Source: Candidatus Omnitrophota bacterium
Lineage (GTDB): Bacteria; Omnitrophota; Gorgyraeia; Zapsychrales; JANLHA01
DNA length: 49,991 nucleotides
Assembly (NCBI GenBank): GCA_020849375.1
Contig: JADLGJ010000006.1
Location: 1 to 49,991 of the forward strand
Direction of reading: 5' to 3'
How positions within the stretch are numbered: the first letter of the stretch is position 1; each line of letters opens with the position of its first letter. The notes under the pieces are model-generated. The model ran no database searches and was not told where the DNA came from. It was given only the letters and a program-made list of their open reading frames with translations. Shown piece after piece: positions 22,097-33,431 of this stretch. Made by a program: the position numbers and the translations under genes.

Positions 22097-24196
22097 ATGG
22101 CTGATGAAAAAATACCTCTAAAAGACGTTCGCAATATCGGGATTATTGCCCATATTGACGCGGGTAAGACCACGACCACAGAACGTGTTTTGTATTATAC
22201 CGGTGTCATTCATAAGCTGGGTAACATTGATGACGGTAATACCGCTATGGACTGGATGCCTCAAGAGCAGGAAAGAGGGATCACTATTACCGCAGCGAGT
22301 ACGACCTGTTTTTGGAAAAAGCACCGCATCAATATCATTGATACCCCCGGCCACGTTGACTTCACCGTCGAAGTTGAAAGATCTTTGAAAGTTTTGGACG
22401 GTGCCACGGTCGTTCTTTGCGGCTGTAGCGGTGTTCAACCGCAGACTGAAACCGTATGGCGCCAAGCCGACCGCTATGGTGTTCCCCGCATTTTCTTCAT
22501 CAATAAAATTGACCGTTTAGGTGCGAATTTTGACCGCGTTATCGGTGAAATTCATGAACGCTTAGGTGCTAATGCCGCCGGGATCTGTTTCCCGAATGCT
22601 TATGAAGACCAGTTTTCTGCCATCATTGATGTTGTCCATGAAAAATATATTACCTTCCCGGAAACTGATGGGTTGGATCCTTTGGTTAGTGACATTCCTG
22701 CTGAATTCCAAGATAAATTTAAAGAATATCGCCATAAGCTTTTAGAACGCCTGGCTGATGCCGATGACATGATCATGGAAAGATTTCTTGAAGAAAAAGA
22801 AGTCACGATACCGGAATTGAAAGCAGCGATCCGCCGTGCTGTTTTGAAGATGGCATTCTTTCCTGTGCTCGTCGGTACAGCGCTTCGTAATAAAGGTGTG
22901 CAGACCGTTCTGGATGCTGTTCTGGACTATTTACCTTCACCGCTTGATGTTCCGCCGGTTCCTGGTACTGATCCGAATACCAGCGAACATACAACACGTC
23001 CCTGTGATCCTAACGCGCCGTTCTGCGGTCTTGTTTTTAAGATCGCTGCTGATCCTTACGTCGGGAAATTATTTTATACCCGTGTTTACTCAGGCACATT
23101 GCCTTCCGGATCCACGGTGCAGAATACCAGCCGTCGTGTCAAAGAACGTGTTTCGAAGATCGTTTTAATGCATGCTAATCGTCAGGAAATTATCGGCAGT
23201 GTTTCTGCTGGGGAGATCGTTGCGCTTGTCGGTTTGAAAGACAGCAAGTCCGGCGATACCGTTTGTGATGAAAAGGCCCCGATCGTTCTTGAAAGCATGA
23301 AGATCCCGGAAGCTGTCGTTTCCATGGCGATCGAACCGAAGACCAAGGCTGACCAAGATAAGTTGGGTATGACATTGCACAAATTCTTAGACGAAGATCC
23401 TTCGCTCAAAGTTAAATATGACACCGAAACCGGACAGACCATTATTTCCGGGATGGGTGAGCTTCACTTGGAAATCATTATCGACCGCATGAAGCGTGAA
23501 AACAATCTGGAGTGTACCGTTGGCCGTCCGCAAGTTGCTTACCGCGAAACGATCACGAAAAAAGTCCAGAACGTTGTCGGTAAATTCATCAGCCAGAGCG
23601 GTGGTCGCGGTATGTACGGCCATTGCGTTATTGATGTTGAACCAAATGAAGAGAAAGGAAAAGGTATCATCTTTGTCAATAAGATCAAGGGTGGTGCTAT
23701 TCCTCGCGAATTTATTAAGCCGGTCGAAGAAGGTGTTCGTACCGCTGCACAAACCGGTGTTTTTGCAGGTTATCCGGTCTCTGATTTTACTGTTACGCTC
23801 GTCGATGGTTCGTATCACGATGTCGACTCTAACGAACTTGCGTTCCAGCTTGCTGGTAAAGAAGCTATGCGTGAAGGGTTAAAGAAAGGCGGTTCTTGCC
23901 TTCTTGAACCGATCATGGATTTGGAATGTACCGTTCCGGAAGATTTCTGGGGACAAGTCATCGGTGATTTGAACACCCGCCGCGCAAAGATCGTTTCCTC
24001 GGGTAACCGTGGTAAATTAAAGACGGTCCGTTGCGAAGTTCCGCTCGCGGAAATGTTCAACTACGCCGGCGCGCTCCGTACGTTGAGCCAGGGTCGTGCG
24101 TCATTCTCGATGGAACCGTCGTTCTATGCACAAGTTCCGAACAACGTCGCCGAGAAGATCAAAGGTGTCCGTGAAGAAGCAGGCTCAAAGAAGTAA
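22097..24196 (+). CDS. fusA: Translation elongation factor G
   Basis: 699 aa. G motifs [17 protein letters not shown] and NKID are present, with EF-G domains II-V ([15 protein letters not shown]). Confidence 0.96.
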   Translation: MADEKIPLKDVRNIGIIAHIDAGKTTTTERVLYYTGVIHKLGNIDDGNTAMDWMPQEQERGITITAASTTCFWKKHRINIIDTPGHVDFTVEVERSLKVLDGATVVLCGCSGVQPQTETVWRQADRYGVPRIFFINKIDRLGANFDRVIGEIHERLGANAAGICFPNAYEDQFSAIIDVVHEKYITFPETDGLDPLVSDIPAEFQDKFKEYRHKLLERLADADDMIMERFLEEKEVTIPELKAAIRRAVLKMAFFPVLVGTALRNKGVQTVLDAVLDYLPSPLDVPPVPGTDPNTSEHTTRPCDPNAPFCGLVFKIAADPYVGKLFYTRVYSGTLPSGSTVQNTSRRVKERVSKIVLMHANRQEIIGSVSAGEIVALVGLKDSKSGDTVCDEKAPIVLESMKIPEAVVSMAIEPKTKADQDKLGMTLHKFLDEDPSLKVKYDTETGQTIISGMGELHLEIIIDRMKRENNLECTVGRPQVAYRETITKKVQNVVGKFISQSGGRGMYGHCVIDVEPNEEKGKGIIFVNKIKGGAIPREFIKPVEEGVRTAAQTGVFAGYPVSDFTVTLVDGSYHDVDSNELAFQLAGKEAMREGLKKGGSCLLEPIMDLECTVPEDFWGQVIGDLNTRRAKIVSSGNRGKLKTVRCEVPLAEMFNYAGALRTLSQGRASFSMEPSFYAQVPNNVAEKIKGVREEAGSKK

Positions 24197-24256
24197 ATTA
24201 AATTATAAAAAAATCGAACATTATCATTTAGAAAAAGAACAAAACGGGAGGCAGAA

Positions 24257-25450
24257 ATGGCAAAAGAAAAATTCGTAAGAAATAAACCACACGTTAATAT
24301 CGGGACGATCGGTCACGTTGACCATGGTAAGACGACATTAAGCGCTGCCATTGCCACCGTACTTTCTAAAAAAGGTTTCGCGGAGGCTCGTTCGTATGAT
24401 TCTATCGATAACGCTCCGGAAGAAAAAGAGCGCGGCGTTACGATCAATATTTCGCATCTTGAGTATGAGACTGAAAAACGTCACTATGCTCACATCGACT
24501 GCCCTGGTCACGCTGACTTTATCAAGAACATGATCACCGGTGCGGCCCAGATGGACGGCGCTATTCTCGTCGTTTCTGCAGCTGATGGTCCTATGCCCCA
24601 AACACGCGAGCACATCCTTTTGGCTCGTCAGGTCAACGTTCCGCGTTTAGTTGTTTTCTTGAACAAAGTTGATCAGGTTTCTGACCCGGAACTTTTGGAA
24701 CTCGTCGAAGTTGAGGTCCGTGATCTTTTAACCAAATATAAATTTGACGGCGATAACACACCGATCATCAAAGGTAGCGGGTTGGAAGCTTTGAACGCTC
24801 CTGAAGATCCTGTTAAGAGCAAGCCGATCATGGATCTTATGAATGCGGTTGACACCTGGATCCCTGAACCTGTTCGTGAACTTGATAAGCCGTTCTCGAT
24901 GGCTGTTGAAGACGTATTCTCGATCTCTGGTCGCGGTACTGTCGCTACTGGCCGTATCGAACGTGGGAAGTGCCATGTCGGCGAAGAAGTTGACGTCGTC
25001 GGTCTTCGTGATGCTATCCAAAAAACCGTCATTACCGGCGTCGAAATGTTCCGTAAGGAATTGGACGAAGGTATCGCGGGTGACAACGTCGGGCTTTTGC
25101 TCCGCGGGATGGATAAAGAAAAAATGGAACGCGGGATGGTTCTTGCTAAAGCCGGTTCTATCACGCCGCACAAAAAGTTCAAAGCGCGCATTTACGTTTT
25201 GACCAAGGAAGAAGGCGGTCGTCATACACCGTTCTTCAAAGGTTACCGTCCGCAGTTTTACTTCCGTACGACAGACGTTACGGGTACTGCAGAACTTCCA
25301 GAGGGTATGGAAATGTGTATGCCTGGCGATAACGTGGATATTAAAGTTGAATTGATCACGCCCGTCGCTATGGAAAAAGAATTGCGCTTCGCCATCCGTG
25401 AAGGTGGCCGTACCGTCGGCGCAGGTGTTGTTTCTGAAATCATCGAATAA
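24257..25450 (+). CDS. tuf: Translation elongation factor Tu
   Basis: 397 aa. [22 protein letters not shown] and the C-terminal [15 protein letters not shown] are present. Confidence 0.97.
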   Translation: MAKEKFVRNKPHVNIGTIGHVDHGKTTLSAAIATVLSKKGFAEARSYDSIDNAPEEKERGVTINISHLEYETEKRHYAHIDCPGHADFIKNMITGAAQMDGAILVVSAADGPMPQTREHILLARQVNVPRLVVFLNKVDQVSDPELLELVEVEVRDLLTKYKFDGDNTPIIKGSGLEALNAPEDPVKSKPIMDLMNAVDTWIPEPVRELDKPFSMAVEDVFSISGRGTVATGRIERGKCHVGEEVDVVGLRDAIQKTVITGVEMFRKELDEGIAGDNVGLLLRGMDKEKMERGMVLAKAGSITPHKKFKARIYVLTKEEGGRHTPFFKGYRPQFYFRTTDVTGTAELPEGMEMCMPGDNVDIKVELITPVAMEKELRFAIREGGRTVGAGVVSEIIE

Positions 25451-25463
25451 AAAATAGGTTATT

Positions 25464-25766
25464 ATGCAAAAAATCAGACTAAAACTAAAAGCTTATGATC
25501 ACCGCCTGATCGACCAATCAGCGCAGGAAATTGTCGATACCGCGATCCGTACCGGAGCGAAAGTTGCCGGCCCGGTTCCTCTCCCGACGAAAAAAGAACT
25601 TTATACTGTTCTTCGTTCGCCGAACATCGACAAAAAATCGCGCGAACAGTTCCATCTGGTCATTCATAAGCGCTTGATCGACCTCGTTGAACCGACAGCC
25701 AAAACAGTTGAAGCGTTGCGCAAGCTCAACCTTCCGGCCGGGGTTGACGTAGAAATCAAACAATAA
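25464..25766 (+). CDS. rpsJ: 30S ribosomal protein S10
   Basis: 100 aa. [18 protein letters not shown]...GPVPLPT is canonical. Confidence 0.96.
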   Translation: MQKIRLKLKAYDHRLIDQSAQEIVDTAIRTGAKVAGPVPLPTKKELYTVLRSPNIDKKSREQFHLVIHKRLIDLVEPTAKTVEALRKLNLPAGVDVEIKQ

Positions 25767-25777
25767 CGGATAAAATA

Positions 25778-26488
25778 ATGATACGCGGACTCTTAGGAAA
25801 AAAAATAGGAATGACTCAGGTTTTTGACACGGAAGGTAACACCGTTCCTGTCACAGTGATCGAAGCCGGCCCCTGCCGTGTCCTTTCGCTGATCGAGAAA
25901 CCTGTGAAAATCAAGCTTGGCTTCGAAGAAAAACGTGAGTCTCGCGTACGCAAACCTGAACTCGGCTTTTTCAAAAAAGTCGGTTCTCCAGCGATGCGTT
26001 TAGTCCGGGAGATCGCTTCCACGGATAACAAGGATTACCAAGTCGGGCAAGAGATCAAGGCTGATATTTTTAAGCCCGGTGATTTCGTCGATGTTTGCGG
26101 TATCTCCCGTGGTAAAGGTTTTCAGGGTGGTATGGTCCGCTGGAATTGGTCCGGTGGTGGGGCAGCTCACGGTTCTATGCATCATCGTCGTATCGGTTCT
26201 GCTGGTTCCAGTGCTTGGCCTTCCAGAACGTTCCGTGGACACCACATGCCAGGCCACATGGGCATGGATCGCGTGACCGTTCAAGGGTTACGCGTTATCC
26301 AGGTCGATCCGGTCAATAATTTAGTTTTGATCAAGGGTGCTGTTCCGGGCCACCGTAACAGTTTTGTAACAATTTTATTATCAAAGAAAAAAGCCTTCCG
26401 TCCGCTCGACGAAGTTCGCGTCACGGCAGAAAAGAGCCGTAACCCGATGAAGCAAAGTAAGGCTAAGGCCGGGGCTAAAGGGAAATAG
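25778..26488 (+). CDS. rplC: 50S ribosomal protein L3
   Basis: 236 aa. GLLGKKIGMTQVF and GKGFQGGM.RWN are present, followed by a basic C-terminal tail. It ends in TAG. Confidence 0.95.
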   Translation: MIRGLLGKKIGMTQVFDTEGNTVPVTVIEAGPCRVLSLIEKPVKIKLGFEEKRESRVRKPELGFFKKVGSPAMRLVREIASTDNKDYQVGQEIKADIFKPGDFVDVCGISRGKGFQGGMVRWNWSGGGAAHGSMHHRRIGSAGSSAWPSRTFRGHHMPGHMGMDRVTVQGLRVIQVDPVNNLVLIKGAVPGHRNSFVTILLSKKKAFRPLDEVRVTAEKSRNPMKQSKAKAGAKGK

Positions 26489-26490
26489 AA

Positions 26491-27114
26491 ATGTTAAAGT
26501 TATCAGTGTTAAGCAAAAGCGGAAAAGAAGTTGATACGGTCGAATTGCCAAAAGAAATTTTTGGCGTCCCGGTCAACACCGATGTCCTTCACCAGGCGAT
26601 GGTCATGCACCAGGCCGCTCTTCGCCAAGGCAATGCTTCGACGAAAGAAAGAGGCGCGGTTTCCGGCGGCGGTAAAAAGCCGTGGCGCCAAAAGGGGACA
26701 GGCCGTGCGCGTGCCGGTTCCAGCCGTTCGCCGCTATGGTACGGTGGTGGTGTTGTCTTTGGCCCGCATCCTCGTGATTTTGGTTATACTATTCCTAAGA
26801 AGATCAAGCGCGCGGCTTTACGCGAAAGCTTGAATGCGAAATTCCAGAACAAAAATTTGATCTGTCTTGAAGATTTAAAGGGCAAGTTAGGCAAGACCAA
26901 GGAGTTCGCACAAATATTGACGGCTTTGAAACTTCAAGGTAAGATATTGGCCTTGTTGGATGGGTGTGATGACAGTGTCAAATTGGCAAGTCGCAATCTC
27001 CCCCGTTTTGAAATGCTCCGTTGTGAAGATGTCAACGCCTACGATGTGTTGCGCAACAAAAATCTTCTTCTGACTAAGACATCGTTAAGTAAAATATTGG
27101 AGCGCGTAAAATAA
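26491..27114 (+). CDS. rplD: 50S ribosomal protein L4
   Basis: 207 aa. The KPWRQKGTGRARAGS.RSPLW.GGGVVFGP block is present. Confidence 0.95.
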   Translation: MLKLSVLSKSGKEVDTVELPKEIFGVPVNTDVLHQAMVMHQAALRQGNASTKERGAVSGGGKKPWRQKGTGRARAGSSRSPLWYGGGVVFGPHPRDFGYTIPKKIKRAALRESLNAKFQNKNLICLEDLKGKLGKTKEFAQILTALKLQGKILALLDGCDDSVKLASRNLPRFEMLRCEDVNAYDVLRNKNLLLTKTSLSKILERVK

Positions 27115-27177
27115 ATACATTCCGCGCAGCGAGACGTATCGTCCGCCGCTAAGGAAAAGAATGAGGCTTTGTAAGTT

Positions 27178-27456
27178 ATGATCACAAGTTACGATATTAT
27201 TCACACATTATTGCGCACGGAAAAAGGGATCACTTTGGAACCGAAGAGACAATATTTCTTCGAGGTCGCCAAGTTCGCCAATAAAGTGCAGATCCGAAAA
27301 GCGGTTGAAGAAATTTACAATGTGAAAGTTGCGGATGTCAACACGCAAGTGTCACCGGGAAAACGTAAACGGGTCCGTAAGGATTTCGGTATGACGCCGG
27401 ATTGGAAAAAAGCCATTGTCACATTGCGTGAAGGCAGCAAGATCGACATTACCTAA
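27178..27456 (+). CDS. rplW: 50S ribosomal protein L23
   Basis: 92 aa. The TEK...LE....YFFEV...ANK.QI..AVEEIY.VKV pattern and KKAIVTL are present. Confidence 0.93.
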   Translation: MITSYDIIHTLLRTEKGITLEPKRQYFFEVAKFANKVQIRKAVEEIYNVKVADVNTQVSPGKRKRVRKDFGMTPDWKKAIVTLREGSKIDIT

Positions 27457-27477
27457 TCATCAATTGAGGTTATTAAC

Positions 27478-28317
27478 GTGGGCATTAAAAGATTCAAACC
27501 ATTAACAGGCGGATTACGGTTCGCAGCACTTTCCGATTTCAAGGAATTGACCAAGGGTACGACCCCGGAAAAGTCTTTGATGGAACCGTTAAAGCAAACC
27601 GGCGGGCGTAATTCTTATGGCCGCATCACCGTTCGTTTTCGCGGTGGAGGGCATAAGCAAATGTATCGTGTCATTGATTTCAAACGTGACCGAATTGATC
27701 AGCCGGCTGTTGTTTTGTCCATTCAATATGACCCGAACCGTTCTTGCCGTATCGCGTTGATCGAATATTCAGATAAAACCAAAGCGTATATTTTGGCTCC
27801 GCTCGAACTCAAGGTCGGCGAAAAAGTTTTAAGCACGAACACTGGTGATGTTGAGATCCGTTCCGGGAATGCGATGCCGCTGAAGAGAGTTCCGCTTGGG
27901 ATCGCTGTTCACAATATCGAATTATCTCCGGGCCGTGGTGGACAAATGGCTCGCTCGGCCGGGACTTCGGCGCAGTTGATGGCCAAAGAAGCCGGTTTAG
28001 CACAGCTTCGTTTGCCGTCCGGTGAAATGCGCAAAGTTTCTTTGGAATGCCGCTGCACGATCGGGCAATTAGGCAATGTCGAACATGAAACAAAATGCTG
28101 GGGTAAAGCAGGACGCGCTCGCTGGTTAGGTTGGAGAGGCCGCGTTCGCGGGGTTGCGATGAATCCGGTCGACCATCCTCACGGTGGTGGTGAAGGTAAA
28201 GCTCCGCAAGGGAACCCGCATCCGGTCAGCCCATGGGGTATGAAGACAAAAGGTTTGAAGACACGTAAACCTAAAAAATATTCTAATCAATTCATTGTGA
28301 AGAGAAGGACAAAGTAA
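27478..28317 (+). CDS. rplB: 50S ribosomal protein L2 (GTG start)
   Basis: 279 aa. [13 protein letters not shown], the [12 protein letters not shown] block and [12 protein letters not shown] are present. Confidence 0.96.
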   Translation: MGIKRFKPLTGGLRFAALSDFKELTKGTTPEKSLMEPLKQTGGRNSYGRITVRFRGGGHKQMYRVIDFKRDRIDQPAVVLSIQYDPNRSCRIALIEYSDKTKAYILAPLELKVGEKVLSTNTGDVEIRSGNAMPLKRVPLGIAVHNIELSPGRGGQMARSAGTSAQLMAKEAGLAQLRLPSGEMRKVSLECRCTIGQLGNVEHETKCWGKAGRARWLGWRGRVRGVAMNPVDHPHGGGEGKAPQGNPHPVSPWGMKTKGLKTRKPKKYSNQFIVKRRTK

Positions 28318-28318
28318 A

Positions 28319-28606
28319 ATGGGTCGCTCGCTGAAAAAAGGACCGTACGTCGAAGATAAACTTGTCGAAAAAGTCAATAAGGCCATTTCGTCCGGCTCTA
28401 AACTGCCGATCAAGACATGGTCGAGACGTTCGACAGTATTGCCGCAATTCGTCGGCTATACGATCGCCGTTCACAACGGAAAAACACACATGCCGGTTTA
28501 TATCACGGAAAACATGGTCGGTTATAAATTAGGTGATTACGCTCCGACAAGAACGTTTAGAAAGCACGGCGGTGTTAAGGCTAAGAAGGCAGACCAGAAG
28601 ACTTAA
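28319..28606 (+). CDS. rpsS: 30S ribosomal protein S19
   Basis: 95 aa. [31 protein letters not shown] and the G.YAPTRTF.KHG tail are present. Confidence 0.96.
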   Translation: MGRSLKKGPYVEDKLVEKVNKAISSGSKLPIKTWSRRSTVLPQFVGYTIAVHNGKTHMPVYITENMVGYKLGDYAPTRTFRKHGGVKAKKADQKT

Positions 28607-28633
28607 TAGGAATTAAAATTTAGGACACGTAAA

Positions 28634-28969
28634 ATGATCGCACAAGCAAAAGGCAATTTTTTAAGACTCAAACCGATGAATGTCCGCCAGGTCATTGACC
28701 TGATCCGTGGCAAAGATGTCGAGACGTCGTTGGTCACTTTGGCGCAAGTTGAAAAAGGCGCAAAAGCCATGATCACCAAGATCTTGAATTCCGCGATCAG
28801 CAATGCCAAGCAAAAAGGCCTTACGGAATCACAGCTTTACATCTCCAAGATCACCGCTGATCAGGGGCCGATGTGGAAGCGTTTTCGTGCCGCATCTATG
28901 GGCCGGGCAACACCGGTTTTAAAACGTACAACACACATTACAATCGAACTCGATCTGTTAACCAAGTAA
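28634..28969 (+). CDS. rplV: 50S ribosomal protein L22
   Basis: 111 aa. Position in the S10 cluster fits, with the L22 pattern (RQVIDLIRGK.VE.....L....K.A...I.K.L.SA..NA). Confidence 0.94.
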   Translation: MIAQAKGNFLRLKPMNVRQVIDLIRGKDVETSLVTLAQVEKGAKAMITKILNSAISNAKQKGLTESQLYISKITADQGPMWKRFRAASMGRATPVLKRTTHITIELDLLTK

Positions 28970-28980
28970 AGAGGTCACAC

Positions 28981-29667
28981 GTGGGACAAAAAGTTAATCC
29001 ATATGTTTTGAGGCTCGGGATCAACCGCAACTGGCGCAGCTTGTGGTACGCGGAACACAAAGATTTCCAAAATAATGTCATTGAGGATTCAAAGATTCGC
29101 GCGTATATCAAGAAAAAGTTCATTCAAGCCTCAGTTTCGTATGTGGTTATCGAACGTGTCGCCGAAAAGATCAAGATCTTGATCGCTTCCGCCCGCCCCG
29201 GTATTATTATCGGTCGCCGCGGTGCCGATATTGAAAAATTAAAAGCCGATCTTTCTAGCATCACTAAGCGTGAAATTGCTGTTGACGTCATCGAGATCAA
29301 GAACCCGGCCATCGAAGGTAATTTAGTCGCTCAAAATATTTGTTTCCAGTTGGAAAAACGCGTGGCTTTCCGCCGTGCGATGAAGCGCGCTGTTGAACAA
29401 GCGATGCAAAGCGGCGCCAAAGGGATCAAGATGTCGGTCGCCGGACGCTTAGGCGGCGCGGAAATGGCCCGTCGTGAAGTTATCCGTGAAGGCTCTGTTC
29501 CGTTGCAAACATTGCGTGCTGACATTGATTATGGTTTTGCTGAAGCGCAAACAACCTACGGTATCATTGGTGTTAAGGTTTGGGTTTATAAAGGACAAAT
29601 TATCCCGACGAGAAATTCGCAAAAGCGTCAGGGTGTTGCGGCTAGTCCTATCGTCGATCAAAAGTAA
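28981..29667 (+). CDS. rpsC: 30S ribosomal protein S3 (GTG start)
   Basis: The track ORF (28873) overlaps rplV. The GTG at 28981, preceded by AAGAGG (28968-28973), gives the canonical (M)GQKVNPYVLRLGINRNW start and 228 aa. Confidence 0.93.
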   Translation: MGQKVNPYVLRLGINRNWRSLWYAEHKDFQNNVIEDSKIRAYIKKKFIQASVSYVVIERVAEKIKILIASARPGIIIGRRGADIEKLKADLSSITKREIAVDVIEIKNPAIEGNLVAQNICFQLEKRVAFRRAMKRAVEQAMQSGAKGIKMSVAGRLGGAEMARREVIREGSVPLQTLRADIDYGFAEAQTTYGIIGVKVWVYKGQIIPTRNSQKRQGVAASPIVDQK

Positions 29668-29687
29668 TTTATAAAAGGATTTAAATC

Positions 29688-30110
29688 ATGCAGTTGTTAC
29701 CTAAAAGAGTTAAATATCGCAAAGCGCAAAAAGGCAAAAATCGTGGTATCGCGACCCGCGGGGCCCGTTTAACCCTCGGCGAATTCGGCCTTAAGGCTTT
29801 AGACAACGGTATGATCCGTGCGAATCACATGGAAGCATCCCGCGTCGTCGTCGCCCGTAAATTACACGGTGCCGGAAAACTTTGGATCAGGATTTTCCCG
29901 TGCAAGCCGATCACTAAGAAGCCCGCTGAAACCCGCATGGGTAAGGGTAAAGGTGACCTCGATCATTGGGCAGCGCCGGTCCACCGCGGAAAGATCTTAT
30001 TTGAAATGGGCGGTGTTCCTGAAGATATGGCCAAAGCGATCTTCCGTTTAGTTGCTTTCAAACTTCCGATAAGAACCAAGTTTATTACACGCGAAACACA
30101 AGGGCATTAA
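29688..30110 (+). CDS. rplP: 50S ribosomal protein L16
   Basis: 140 aa. [13 protein letters not shown]...G and the RMGKGKG....W block are present. Confidence 0.96.
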   Translation: MQLLPKRVKYRKAQKGKNRGIATRGARLTLGEFGLKALDNGMIRANHMEASRVVVARKLHGAGKLWIRIFPCKPITKKPAETRMGKGKGDLDHWAAPVHRGKILFEMGGVPEDMAKAIFRLVAFKLPIRTKFITRETQGH

Positions 30111-30111
30111 T

Positions 30112-30312
30112 ATGACAAAAATTAAAGAATTACGTGAAATTGCTCCTGAAGACCTTAAGACCAAAGAAAAAGCTTTGAAGAAAGAACTTTTTGAATTGAA
30201 ATATCAGCGCAAGATCGGCCGTGCAGAAAAGCCGCACCGTTTTAGATTGATCCGCCGCGATATCGCAAAAATTATGACCGTCACCAATGAGAGAGCAAAA
30301 AATGCCAAATAG
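30112..30312 (+). CDS. rpmC: 50S ribosomal protein L29
   Basis: 66 aa. ELRE...EDL......[11 protein letters not shown] and the R..RRDIAKI pattern are present. It ends in TAG. Confidence 0.93.
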   Translation: MTKIKELREIAPEDLKTKEKALKKELFELKYQRKIGRAEKPHRFRLIRRDIAKIMTVTNERAKNAK

Positions 30313-30568
30313 TGAAGCAAGAGCTAATACGAGAAAATTCCTTTCCGGCGAAGTTGTCAGCGACAAAATGGATAAAACCCGTGTTGTCCAAGTCCGCTGG
30401 ACCAGCAAGCACGCGAAATATGTTAAGACCGTGCGCCAAGCCGCTAAGTTTAAGGCCCATGATGAGAAGAATGCTTCCAAACAGGGCGATGTTGTGAGAA
30501 TTATGGAAACCCGTCCGCTTTCGAAAGAAAAGCGCTGGGTGATTACCGAGATCATTAAAGCAAGCTAA
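30302..30568 (+). CDS. rpsQ: 30S ribosomal protein S17
   Basis: The [13 protein letters not shown]......H.KY.K and the GD.V.I.E.RPLSK.KRW pattern are present. The start is taken at ATG 30302 (88 aa, 11-nt overlap with rpmC); ATG 30287 is an alternative. Confidence 0.9.
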   Translation: MPNSEARANTRKFLSGEVVSDKMDKTRVVQVRWTSKHAKYVKTVRQAAKFKAHDEKNASKQGDVVRIMETRPLSKEKRWVITEIIKAS

Positions 30569-30578
30569 GAGGTTATCT

Positions 30579-30947
30579 ATGATTTATTTAAAAACACTTT
30601 TGGATGTGGCGGATAATACGGGGGCTCGTAAAGCTTCTATGATCGGTGTATTAAACGCAAAAGGCCGTTTATGGGCGCAGATCGGCGATGTGATCAAGGT
30701 CAATATCAAAGAATCCGGCCCTGATGCTGCTGTTAAAAAAGGCGATAAAGCCCGTGCCGTTGTCGTCCGTACCCGTTGCCCGATCAAAAGACCTGACGGA
30801 ACAACCGTCCGGTTCGATTCCAACGCTTTGGTCATCATTGACGAAGCCGGAAATCCGAAAGGGACGCGCGTGTTTGGCCCGGTGGCCCGCGAGTTGAGAA
30901 ATTTAGAATTCATGAAAATTGTTTCTTTAGCACCAGAGGTTGTCTAA
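30579..30947 (+). CDS. rplN: 50S ribosomal protein L14
   Basis: 122 aa. [10 protein letters not shown] and the terminal SLAPEVV are present. Confidence 0.96.
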   Translation: MIYLKTLLDVADNTGARKASMIGVLNAKGRLWAQIGDVIKVNIKESGPDAAVKKGDKARAVVVRTRCPIKRPDGTTVRFDSNALVIIDEAGNPKGTRVFGPVARELRNLEFMKIVSLAPEVV

Positions 30948-31258
30948 TGTTGACTATTAAAAAAGATGATATTGTCAAAGTGATCGCAGGCAAAGATAAG
31001 GGAAAGACCGGTAAAGTTATCGGTGTTCATCCTGATACGAACCGTGTCGTTGTTGAAAAGCTTAACCTTGTCAAAAAGGCTCAGCGCAAAACGCAAGGCA
31101 ACCCGCAAGGCGGCTTGATCGACATTGAAGCCCCGATCCATCGTTCCAATGTGATGTTGATCGATAAGAAAACTAATAAAACCACCCGTTTCGGAGTTCG
31201 TATTCTTAAGGATGGCAGCAAAGTCCGCATTAGCAAAAAAAGTGGCGAGGAGATTTAA
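30947..31258 (+). CDS. rplX: 50S ribosomal protein L24
   Basis: 103 aa. The KOW motif ([20 protein letters not shown]) and EAPIH.SNV are present. Confidence 0.95.
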   Translation: MLTIKKDDIVKVIAGKDKGKTGKVIGVHPDTNRVVVEKLNLVKKAQRKTQGNPQGGLIDIEAPIHRSNVMLIDKKTNKTTRFGVRILKDGSKVRISKKSGEEI

Positions 31259-31262
31259 TTAA

Positions 31263-31841
31263 ATGGTTACCACAGCAACAGCAACACCAAGACTTTTAAA
31301 AAAATTCCGGGATGAAGTGGTTCCGGCTGTACAAAAGAAATTCGGCATCAAAAATCCGATGGCTGTCCCGCGTTTGCAGAAGATCGTCATCAACATGGGT
31401 GTTGGTGCGGCTATCGCCGATATGAAGATCATGGATGCTGCCGTCGCTGACCTTTCGACCATTACCGGTCAAAAGCCGATCATTCGCCGCGCCAAAGTCG
31501 CTATCTCGAATTTTAAATTGCGCAAAGGTTTACCGATCGGATGCACCGTCACATTGCGCCGCAACAGAATGTATGAATTCTTAGATCGTTTTGTCAGCGT
31601 GGCTTTGCCGCGTATCCGTGACTTTAACGGCGTTCCGACAAAATCATTTGATAAACAGGGGAATTACAACTTAGGCCTCAGCGAACAAACCATTTTTCCT
31701 GAGATCGAAGTCGGACGCATCAGCCGTAGTCAAGGTATGGATATTGCATTTGTGTTCAGCCAAGATAATGTCGAAGAAAATTCAGAAGTTTTACGGCTTT
31801 TAGGTATGCCGTTCCGTAAATCTAAAACAGAAGAAAGTTAA
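31263..31841 (+). CDS. rplE: 50S ribosomal protein L5
   Basis: 192 aa. [18 protein letters not shown] and the NYN.G..EQ.IFPEI blocks are present. Confidence 0.96.
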   Translation: MVTTATATPRLLKKFRDEVVPAVQKKFGIKNPMAVPRLQKIVINMGVGAAIADMKIMDAAVADLSTITGQKPIIRRAKVAISNFKLRKGLPIGCTVTLRRNRMYEFLDRFVSVALPRIRDFNGVPTKSFDKQGNYNLGLSEQTIFPEIEVGRISRSQGMDIAFVFSQDNVEENSEVLRLLGMPFRKSKTEES

Positions 31842-31846
31842 AAGTT

Positions 31847-32032
31847 ATGGCAAGGAAAGCTTTAGTTCTAAAGGCAGCAAAAAAAGCAAAATTTTCCACC
31901 CGTCAGCATAATCGCTGCATCCTTTGCGGCCGTCCGCGCGGATATCTGCGCCGATTTGGAACTTGCCGTATCTGTTTCCGCGAACTTGCATGGCGAGGCG
32001 AAATTCCAGGGGTTAAGAAAGCCAGCTGGTAA
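31847..32032 (+). CDS. rpsZ: 30S ribosomal protein S14, short zinc-binding type (S14 type Z)
   Basis: 61 aa. CILCGRPRG....[20 protein letters not shown] is present, with a CxxC...CxxC pattern. Confidence 0.95.
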   Translation: MARKALVLKAAKKAKFSTRQHNRCILCGRPRGYLRRFGTCRICFRELAWRGEIPGVKKASW

Positions 32033-32074
32033 AGAATAATTCAGTTAAAGAGAAACGATTAAAGGAAATTAAAA

Positions 32075-32470
32075 ATGTCCATCAGTGATCCGATAGCAAA
32101 TGCGCTAACAAATATCAGAAACGCGGTCCATGCCCGCAAAGAGACTTTAGACATCCCCGCTTCAAATTTGACCGGGAAATTGTTAGAGATCTTTAAGTCC
32201 GACGGGTATATCGAAGATTTCCGCCTGATGAAAAATACGAATCAGGGCACTTTCAAGATTTATTTAAAGTATATTAACAAGGCTTCGGCGATCATTGGCC
32301 TGAAACGTATTTCCCGTCCTGGTCTTAGGGTTTATGTTGATAAAACAAAAGTTCCGCATGTCCTCAACGGTTTAGGGACGGCGGTCATTTCAACCTCAAA
32401 AGGGGTTTTATCCGATCGTGAAGCACGCAAGCTTAACATCGGTGGCGAACTCGTTTGCTATATCTGGTAG
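32075..32470 (+). CDS. rpsH: 30S ribosomal protein S8
   Basis: 131 aa. The DPIA..LT.IRNA start, ISRPGLRVY and the GGE..CYIW end are present. It ends in TAG. Confidence 0.96.
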   Translation: MSISDPIANALTNIRNAVHARKETLDIPASNLTGKLLEIFKSDGYIEDFRLMKNTNQGTFKIYLKYINKASAIIGLKRISRPGLRVYVDKTKVPHVLNGLGTAVISTSKGVLSDREARKLNIGGELVCYIW

Positions 32471-32478
32471 GATCGATT

Positions 32479-33018
32479 ATGTCTAGAAAAGGTAAAATGC
32501 CAATCGCATTGGCTAAAGATGCAAAAGTAATTGTTGAAAAATCGAGCGTCCGCGTCGAAGGCCCGAAAGGCAAGTTGTCGGTCGACCTTCCAACGGGGAT
32601 CAGCATCGAACAAAAAGACGACCGGGTTTTAGTCAACCGCGTCGGCAATTTGAAGCAAACGAAGGCCAATCACGGAACGGTCCGCTCACTTATTGTGAAC
32701 ATGATCGAAGGCGTGACCAAAGGCCATAAAAAAGAATTGCAGATCACCGGTGTCGGTTTTCGTGCTCAAGCCACAGGCCAAAAACTTGTTTTGAACATCG
32801 GTTTCAGCCACCCGATCGAATATGAAATTCCGAAAGATGTCAAAGTTGCCACACCGACGCCGACCTCGATCACGGTTGATGGCGTTGATAAAAGTTTAGT
32901 GGGCCGTGTCGCTGCAGAGATCCGCGATTTCAAGCGTCCTGAGCCTTACAAGGGTAAGGGGATCGCTTACGTCGGCGAAGTCATCCGCAGAAAACAAGGT
33001 AAATCAGTAACCAAGTAA
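32479..33018 (+). CDS. rplF: 50S ribosomal protein L6
   Basis: The start is moved to ATG 32479 (MSRKGKMPI...), just after the rpsH stop. This gives 179 aa. The GVGFRA and PEPYKGKGI blocks are present. Confidence 0.93.
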   Translation: MSRKGKMPIALAKDAKVIVEKSSVRVEGPKGKLSVDLPTGISIEQKDDRVLVNRVGNLKQTKANHGTVRSLIVNMIEGVTKGHKKELQITGVGFRAQATGQKLVLNIGFSHPIEYEIPKDVKVATPTPTSITVDGVDKSLVGRVAAEIRDFKRPEPYKGKGIAYVGEVIRRKQGKSVTK

Positions 33019-33042
33019 TTTTAGTTTAAGGAAAATTCAGCC

Positions 33043-33414
33043 ATGTCCGGTAAAAAGAGAAATAGTCAAGTCCGCCTTAAAGCACGCCACGAACGTGTTC
33101 GTAAAGATGTCGTCGGGACACCAACACGCCCGCGCCTTTGCGTTCACCGCAGCCTCAACAATCTGATCGCTCAGATCGTTGATGATTCGAGCCGTAAAGT
33201 GCTTTTCGGCGTTTCAACGCAAAGCAAAGATTTGCGTAAGAAATTTAAATCCGGCGGGAACGTTGAAGCCGCATCGATGTTAGGTGAAGTGGTCGCTCAA
33301 AAAGCGAAAAAAGAAGGGATCACCAAGGTTTCTTTTGACCGTGGCGGTTACCTTTATCACGGGCGTGTCAAAGCTTTTGCGGAAGCGGCGCGTAAGGGCG
33401 GGCTAGAATTTTAA
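33043..33414 (+). CDS. rplR: 50S ribosomal protein L18
   Basis: 123 aa. RPRL.V.RS..N.IAQI.DD and the FDRGGY.YHGRVKAFAEAAR.GGLEF end are present. Confidence 0.96.
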   Translation: MSGKKRNSQVRLKARHERVRKDVVGTPTRPRLCVHRSLNNLIAQIVDDSSRKVLFGVSTQSKDLRKKFKSGGNVEAASMLGEVVAQKAKKEGITKVSFDRGGYLYHGRVKAFAEAARKGGLEF

Positions 33415-33431
33415 AATAATCTGGAGAAATT

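Noticed and set aside
27129-27146. A small hairpin (GCGAGACG/CGTCCGC, one bulge) in the 63-nt rplD-rplW spacer.
   Set aside because: It has only about 7 bp, no U-run and no additional structure. It cannot be told apart from chance, and any link to known S10-operon regulation is unsupported.
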